The notes beneath the pieces were generated by a model. That model searched no databases and was not told the DNA's origin. It was given only the letters and a program-made list of their open reading frames with translations. DNA of 41,213 bases from Stramenopiles sp. TOSAG23-2 (taxonomy: Eukaryota): positions 1-41,213 of the forward strand of contig LT649303.1 in NCBI GenBank assembly GCA_900128395.1. Direction: 5' to 3'. Below are positions 21,068-30,000 of this stretch, one piece after another (within the stretch, counting starts at the first letter, position 1; each line of letters opens with the position of its first letter). The position numbers and the translations under genes are program-made.

Positions 21068-24000
21068 TTACACCGGATTATATGTAAATTCTCTCAAATT
21101 TGCATTTGAATTGAAATTCAATGATGCATATTTAATTTTACGTACCTCCGGCATTGTATCAAAACCAGCTGAAAAATAATCATAATCCGAGTTATCTGGG
21201 GTTGTTAAATAAACATTACCTTTTTTCCTACGAGGTATTTTACAAATGTTTCCATCAGAAGTGATGCCATTAGATAGTAACTCTAATTCTTTGAAATATG
21301 CATCATTTGGATAGTTCAAAATCAGTTTATTTTTCTGAATATTGTCATAAATTATATTCACTCTTTGCCAACCATCAGATGCAAATTCATAATCAGCACA
21401 TAACTCATAGTTATGAGGATTTCCATTTCCAAAATCATAGCACTCCGTATGTACATTTACACACAACAATTTGGAATTTTCTTTAATTGATATCAAAGGT
21501 GACATGTCTGCACTTTTGCTCATAAATCGTAAAATCGGACACTTTTGACCAACATTAGTATTATTACATTTTGTATCAACTTTGATTTCGAAGCTGAGTT
21601 GAAAATTCTCATAAATAGTTGTATACCCTATATGATTGTCATGTGCAACTGATGTTTCTGGATTGTATGTAAAATATGCAAATTGGCCATTATTAGCTGT
21701 GCTTGTCGGAGTGTAAGTTATATCTTTCAATCCAAAATTTTGATTTCCAATGTAAAGATATTTTGGATTATTATCAGCAATATTGTTACAGCAGGCATAC
21801 ACCTGTTTATGAGCGACATTAGTATCTGTAGTCGCCCAATCTGCATCAGAGTATGTAACAGTGTTCCCAGACAATTTCTGACACCATCCTTCTGCACCCG
21901 TGCCTATTTGAACCCATTCATCGTTTTCAATTGTAGTCGCCCAATCTGCATCAGAGTATGTAACAGTGTTCCCAGACAATTTCTGACACCATCCTTCTGC
22001 ACCCGTGCCTATTTGAACCCATTCATCGTTTTCAATTGGCAACCACATGTCAACAGAATTGTGTTCACCACCAATCGGTTTACGAAATCGACCATTTGGA
22101 CATATTTCATCATAAGTACAAAACCTTTGTCTACGATCATTACAAGTTTGTTCCAATGTATCGTATGATTTTGAAGCTCCATCATTAAAAAATTCCATAC
22201 ATTTTCCTGTAAAATTTGAATGTATTCTTAAATCCAGCTTATAGATTTTTACATTTTGGCGAAGTTGATTTTCTACCGACAAATACGAACAACTACTCTG
22301 AACACCATGTGAAAAACACCTCTTATTAGTATTACTTGTCTGTATACATTTCGATCCTGAACTATCGTCAAACTGCCATTGATTACAACTTCTTCCGAGC
22401 CCAGTTCCAAATCCAGCAAAAAATCGGTTGGTCCAAATACATTCTGTAATAGATTGGAAATGGTCTAAATAGCAAAAATCATAAAGTGCGGTAGGACTTG
22501 ATCCTTTCCACCCAAATACACTTGCAGTATCTTGAAATTCTTCTTTTGTTCGAACATATAATACTAATTCCTCCTCCGTCTTGTCATCTGTAAACATGTA
22601 ATAATTGTAGCCATTATTATCAGCAGGTATAGTATTAATATCCACATCAGACATTTTTCTATCTCCTTTTGTGTCACTTAACTCATCTTGAGCATTTGTA
22701 TCTGGAGTATACTCCGCCCCATCGATTTGTAATATTTTTGTCCATGCTCCGATGCTAGAATCTTCCTCTACGAAATTAGACTTTATATAAACTTTTCCGT
22801 CATGTTTATACGGACGATAACTACCTTCTAAAGTTACGCTGACTTCTGGCATTATATTGGTATTACTCTCATCCTGTATAGAAGCTTTTAATGTATTATG
22901 ATGAACATCAATTAAAACATGTTTCCAGCCTTCAGAATCAAACAGATTATGATCACTACTTTTAAAACTGATAAAATCTTTGGTAATATTTTGCTCATTT
23001 TCCGACATAATAATATCTAAATTGCCATTGATATCAAACCTGATGACGGGTGATTTAGATCGACCATCTGAAAATCGTATAATTTCTTTTGAATAAATTT
23101 TATTCGCAGTAGTCCAAATACTAAAGGACAACGTAAAATCTGAGAAAAGGCCTGTTGAACCGAGAAAAATAAAATTTTTGCTTGGTAGCACATCTGCTTC
23201 AAATGGACCATTTGCAACGAATGGAGAGCTTTTCAATACTTGCTCAGGATCTTGTCCAAAATGAATATTTAAATGGTCATTTCGCACGGGTCTTCTATAT
23301 CGTCTTGTAGTTGTAAGGGATGTTTTATATCTATTAACTGCGACAGTATATACATTATTGATAACATGTATATTCACTTTGCTCCATTGATTTAACAGAA
23401 TGCCGCTAGAAACGGCAGGAATATGCATTATCATATTTCCATCTCTCATACTTCCAAATGACACTTGTAAATCAAGATTTATTTTTTCAACGGTTTGACC
23501 AGAATCAAAATATAATGCATTTTCATTGTTTGGAACGAAAGAAACACATAAGTACTTATCTAAATACGCACAACAATCTTTATCAGAGGATGTAAATCGA
23601 AATATTTCATTTCTTCCAATGCTTTTACTATATGGATAGATATCAAAACTTACGTGATAATTAGTATATGCTATGACAGAGCCGAGGTTGATTTTTGATA
23701 TTTCAAACACATCCTTATTTCCAGTGAGCAAATTAGTGCTTTTTTCAAAAGGATTGAAACTTGGTACGTAAGTCGCTGGTCTACCATATCCCGTCAATCC
23801 CTTACAATGAGAAAACCCATTTGAACATGTAACGCAAACAACATCTGGCAGTTTCCCTGGCATATTAAAAGATTGAATGCCATGTGGACAAATGTCGCTT
23901 GGATAACAATTACCATTCTTTAAGTAAAATCTATCTTCACAAACTACGCAAGTTTCATGACTTAAGCAACCAAAACAATTCACTTCGCAACCTTCAGTAG

Positions 24001-27000
24001 AGTACAATAGTAATTCGCTTACGTCATTTCTTGTACCACATTTGTCACACACAGTAGCTGAATGTTGGGGCATCAAGGCAAATCCAAATGTTCCTTTCCA
24101 ATCATTATTTAAGTGATACTTTCTACGCTGATTTCTTTTACGTATACGTGATTTCCAAACGTTGAAAGTATACGGACCTCCGGATGCCCCAGGTAAGAGA
24201 TTGTCATTCTTTAAAGTCAATGATGGTTCCGATTTTTCTAAAAATAACGCATTGAATGAAAAATCACCGTTGTAATAAGATAAAACAATACTATTTGGTG
24301 TCGTATGAATTGTAATTTGTTTACTACTATATGATATTTCAAAGGACAATGTATTACTACCACCACTTCCCATTTTAAAATGTCCTTTCTTGCCATTGAA
24401 AAGTCCAACAAAATCATTTTTTGTAGCATCGTTTAGATATTCACCCTCTATGTATTCCCCATGAAAGGATAAACGTATGTAATATGGTGTTGACAATGCA
24501 TTACCGCTGTTGTCCATAGATTGCTTCCAAACAGATGTAGAAATGTCTCGATAAAGCGTGTTGTCTAATGAGTCGTATCGATATTGTGGCACCGTTCCAA
24601 AATCAACTGCTGAATTTCTTGTATCACTAAATATGTATAAAGTTGCATCATCATCAAGCTCAACTTCAACTATATTCTCAATTTGGTCGCATTTAACTTT
24701 TATCACAACACCAACAGAAGGAAGGCCACCTTTTTGTCCATTGTTTAATTTGTCACCAGCAAATCCACCACCCCACCCCAGTGTAGAGAGGATCCGTGCT
24801 TTGCCCCCATAATATACACCAATACCTTCCCAATTAGGACCATTACAGCCATATTGACGGTTGTTATCGTTGTCCTTCGTCACGGCCCAGCATGAGTCAC
24901 CAAATCTTGTGCCATCTTTTACACATGCATGGCAAAACGTCGCAGTTGTCCCGAATTCACTAAAAGAACTTGTCACCCCGCTTAGTTGAATATTTTGATT
25001 TATCTGTTGCTCAAAAATGTTTGAACCAGAAGGAACTGTAAACTGTACATAATTGCTTAAGGCAGAACCATATTCGATTCTCACTTGGTAATTACCGTTA
25101 ATAACGCATTCTTCTGGTGGTGCACTATTTACTCCATCTAAATTCAACAGTCTAATATTTGAATCATCCAATCTATAATCTCCATATCCTTCTCCAACTG
25201 CCTCAGTAAATACTGTATACCACCCGTCATGATATGCGTTGTCTAAAACAATAGATTTTTCTATAATTTTCAATTCATCATCTATATCATTCCAAAATTT
25301 AAATGGAAATGTCGGCTCTGCATATGATTGGCTACCATCACGAAGCAGATATGCAGATTTTGTTCCAGTAACATGAATAGCTTTAAATGGACTGCAGTAC
25401 CCTGCTTTTTTACATTGTAACTTTGAAGAAGGAACTATACCTTCGCTTGAATGGCCACCAAAAGTAATCATTCTACCATTTATTAAAACGCTAGCGTGAG
25501 AGAAACGTGGATATGGTTTCAATTCTAAGTTGTGTATTGAACTCCACCTCCCTGACGTAACATCAAAATTCCATAAATCATCAAATATAACTTGACCATC
25601 CCATCCACCATACACATGCATAACACCATTTTGTACAACTGCGGTATGGTTGCTTCTAGGAGATGGAAGTTCGACTTCCCTTCTCCACACACTCCCAGCA
25701 GATCCAGTTTTCGTGCTGCATCCAAAATTTTCGCTGCAGTAGCTAAAACAAGTTTTTCCACTTGATTTTAAATACGTTATTGTATTGCAATAATTTTCTG
25801 ATTCAGGTGGCAAATGTAAACAAGCTTGAAATGCTTTTTCTAAAGTAGGATATGAGTGGCATACACTTCCATAAGCTAATTTAGCAGATATAGAGACGCA
25901 ACCACTACCTAGATTTCTATGAAGACATACTGGCCTAAAATCTTTTTCAATATAACCATCACTTCTATCATTAACGTATTCTTGAAATGGGTCATCGTTT
26001 AATGTCCATTTCAATGAGTAATCCATTGGATCTCTTAATTCTTCAATGTCTTCATCAGTTATAAATAAAACGGCATCTTTCAATCGTTTCATCATTTCTG
26101 GACTATGATGGATATTATTACCGCTGGTTGGATAGGTCGACAATCCATTCAAAATGCTGATTCTATGGATTGGATTTTCATACTGTTTATTGTATTCATT
26201 AAGATGTATAGAGATCCACGATGCAGCGTCAGTGGAAGGATATGCCGTAGAATCAGTTGCCGAGACAAAATCAACACACGGTTTCTTTGTGCATGCCTCG
26301 GAACTCCCTGGAATACAATTATTGCCCCGCTTTCTCTGATCGCCAAATCCTTTATTATCGTCACAGCAAGAATCAAAGTTCATTGTTGCACTGTAAGCAT
26401 ATGGAAATCCTGATGGGCATCTATCAAACCCATGTTTGACCGTTTTACCAACTGCAATATCATTGCCATAATAATCAAAAACTTTGATTTTAAGCAATGT
26501 CAACAGCGCATCCCTTTCAGAATGTATATACAAATATTTCCCTTGTATTTTACGCGTGATACCTGGCATCCATTTCCGATTTATATTATTTTCTAGATCT
26601 AAAATTTGAACATCATTTAAATGTCTTTTCCCATCATAACCACCGAAGATAATCATTTTACCAGAATCAACCACTGTAGAGTGACCCGAACGTCTAGTAG
26701 GAGTTCTATCACCAGAACTATCTTCGTGTACCAACTTTGTCCACTTCATGTAGCCAGGAGGTACAAAACGCGATAGCATACAGCGTGCATTAGTACCATC
26801 AACGGCCATATCCAAAATGCTGGTAGTGCTAGCAATGACTACTGCATTATCTGTATATCTTCGGATGCAAGATGGATCAGTACATTGACTAACGAAATCA
26901 TTTTCAACTAAGGTAATTATTACATCATTAGAAGTGCTAAGATTGCCTGAAGGTATGGTTAACGTATCACCTACTTGGTATCCAGAACCAGCGGTAGTCA

Positions 27001-30000
27001 CAGTAACGCTTGATACCACACCTGAAACTATATTTAAATCCAGTGCAATACCAGTGCCAGAACCAGATGTTGTAACTGTCACCGGCGGATTAGCATCCGA
27101 AAATTCAGTACCTTCATTTACATTTGTAGTTATACTACCCAATAAAGCATCGGCAGTTGTTACTAAGGATGGGTTACTTAATAAACTGTCATAACATGTA
27201 GCATCTTCTAAACCAGTTATGGCAGATCTACATGTATTTATTTGTCTGTCAGTGATGACACCAGTAACTTTGTAAGTGCTAATTCCATTTTCGGCATCAC
27301 ATGTTGCATCAGCATGCAAATTTACATCTGAATTGACTGTAAGAGTTACTTCGTCTCCTATACCATATCCTGTTATATCATCTACTGATATAATATTATC
27401 TTTCAATGATTTTATAGGTTGACGCGCTTTATACGATTTCCATCTCATGTTTAAACGTGACACAGCACACCCATCATTTTCATGTAGTCTTATTAAGCAA
27501 CCATCATTAATATTATTTGTACTATCCATATCTTGTATATGTTCTTTCAAAGTAATACTTGTCCAGTGAGTATACGTACAGGAGCCTGCATTATTGCAAG
27601 TAGTAGGATCAGTTACGGCATCAGTGCAAGGATCCACTTCCAAATTACTACTATCTCGACAAGTAGACCCTTTTGTAAAGACACAATGAGTTGTACCTCC
27701 TTCATCAATCAATGCCGTACATGTAGCTTCATCACTAGCAGTATCGACACACTTTGCATCATTTAAACCAGTGGAAGCCACTCTACACGTAGTCGCTAGT
27801 TCAGTGTTGTCAGATATTGAATATGTACCAGCTGCGGAGCAAGTTTTCCCTGAAGCACTATTTACATCATACGTAATTGTAGCTGTGAGTAATCTAGTGC
27901 CTATACCAAAATGCCCTGGAATAATTATTTTTCCATCTTTAATATCAATCAACTCCAAATTTCCAGTATCCACTGTGCCTGCTATTGATTCCAATATTTT
28001 TACTTCTGTTTTAGTACTCAATTTTTCAACACTCAGAACAGTAAATACCCCGTCTCTATGTCTCCCACGTGTTCCCGCTACACACGAATAAGTTTCATAT
28101 GGGTCCTTACTTGCTATACGAACGTTATCACCAACAGCAAACTTCGCTTGATCATAATAATCTGCCCCATTTGGAATGGTAAGTATTCCAGAGTTGATTG
28201 ATGAAATTTCTATCGGAGGAATATTTTTTGAAGTTTTTGAACGATGCCAATATAATTTTTTCATATTTAACATATACACATCATCTCCATAAATAGTATC
28301 AGAAGTTCCTTTAACAAATGCAAAATATTTACTTCTTGGAGTCACTACCACGTCCGATTTATCGCCCCAGGTGGGATACCCATTTAACAACTCTACGTAG
28401 GAGCTACCATGTGGGTACAACAGACTGTTCCGTGATAATTGCATCCAATCTTTTTTATCATATAAATTGGGATTTTGCACTGCTATCCAAATGTTAGATA
28501 ACTGCGGATCATCAACGCTCAAAGCCCTTGCCTCCGTCAAGGTTGGCAGTCTACCACCTCGTGATATTGCCTCATTTTTCATATTCTCCCACGTCTTAGT
28601 CCCAGTTCTCCATGGATAATTATCGTAACATGGCGGAGCTGCACCACCTGGACAGGCTATGGAACAATCTAGGCAAATATTGTCATATCTATCAATAATA
28701 TTTCTTATTGTTTCATGTTTACTCGCTTGAAAGTCTAGAGGGGCAATATTAATATTCGTTGCAGTGCTGTCGTCAGAATTTAAAAGGTGTTGATTGGCAA
28801 TTGTATCTTTCAAATCAGTTGAAAAGATTGGCCAAAATATAGGTCCATATGGCTCCGCAGTAAGTTCTATTGAGGTTGAAAGTGCGTTACATTGCAGCTC
28901 TGCTTGCGTGACTGCACGTTTCCATAGGCGAAAGTTATAAAGATGAGCCGCTCCTATCCCTCGAACAAATTTATCCCCTAAATCAGGTATAAATGATTTT
29001 AAACACGGAGTACACACTGGCCTACCTTTAGCAGTAGAAACATCTGTCAGTTCCACACCACCATCATTAAATAGGATATTACCACTCACTTGATCAAAAA
29101 TACAACCAGGAACATGGTCTTCTAAATTATGTGATGAAACATCATATGTTATGGATAACTCATTTGCAATAGTCTGACATTCCGAAGAAGTTGTCCGAAC
29201 ATGTACAAAATATATTGGACATCGCTGGCCTTCCTGACTTACGATTAGGCGATTTTTTCTTCGACATACTTTCAACCCCCTATTTCCTGTGGAATCGGTG
29301 TTGGAATTAAAAGCTATAATGCCATCTCCAGTATCGTCAGGATATCCAGTTTGAGAAATATCATTTGCAACTCGGACGACGCAACCAGGAATATAATTCG
29401 AAGAAGCAATTTGATTACCCCACGTTTTACTCAAGTCATTTGCTACAAGTTGACAAGTTGCTGCATTGTCAACTTGGTCGTATCCACCTGGACATGGAAG
29501 TCCCTCTTTTACATAATGGTATTCTGTCGAAGCACAAGTATTATCAAGACTAATATCCGTATCGATTTGTCCATTGACGTAATACTTCAATTGAAGATCT
29601 TGATCTAACGTCACTGCAAGGTGGTACCATCTATTTAATTCAATAGGTATTCTACCATATACATTACTTTCCCCCAAATACAAACAATGCCCAAAATTGC
29701 AATTTGCATGTTTTTTTAAAAACCAACCGTGGTTACCAGTTGATCCGCCAAAAATTTCAACACTGTCTCCACTAAACGTTGCCGCATCAAATTTTATCCA
29801 TGTTTCATATGTTAATGTTTGGAATTGACCAAATTTACTATTTACATTAAAGGGCGCTTTTAAAACGTGACCATTTTGCAATACAGCTGTCTTTGTAATT
29901 GCACTTGTTTTACCGCGGCGACCGCATGGATCTGCTTTTATAAGAGTAGGTGGTGGAATATTTGTACCACCATAAATATATGCTTTGTTCAACCAGAAAA

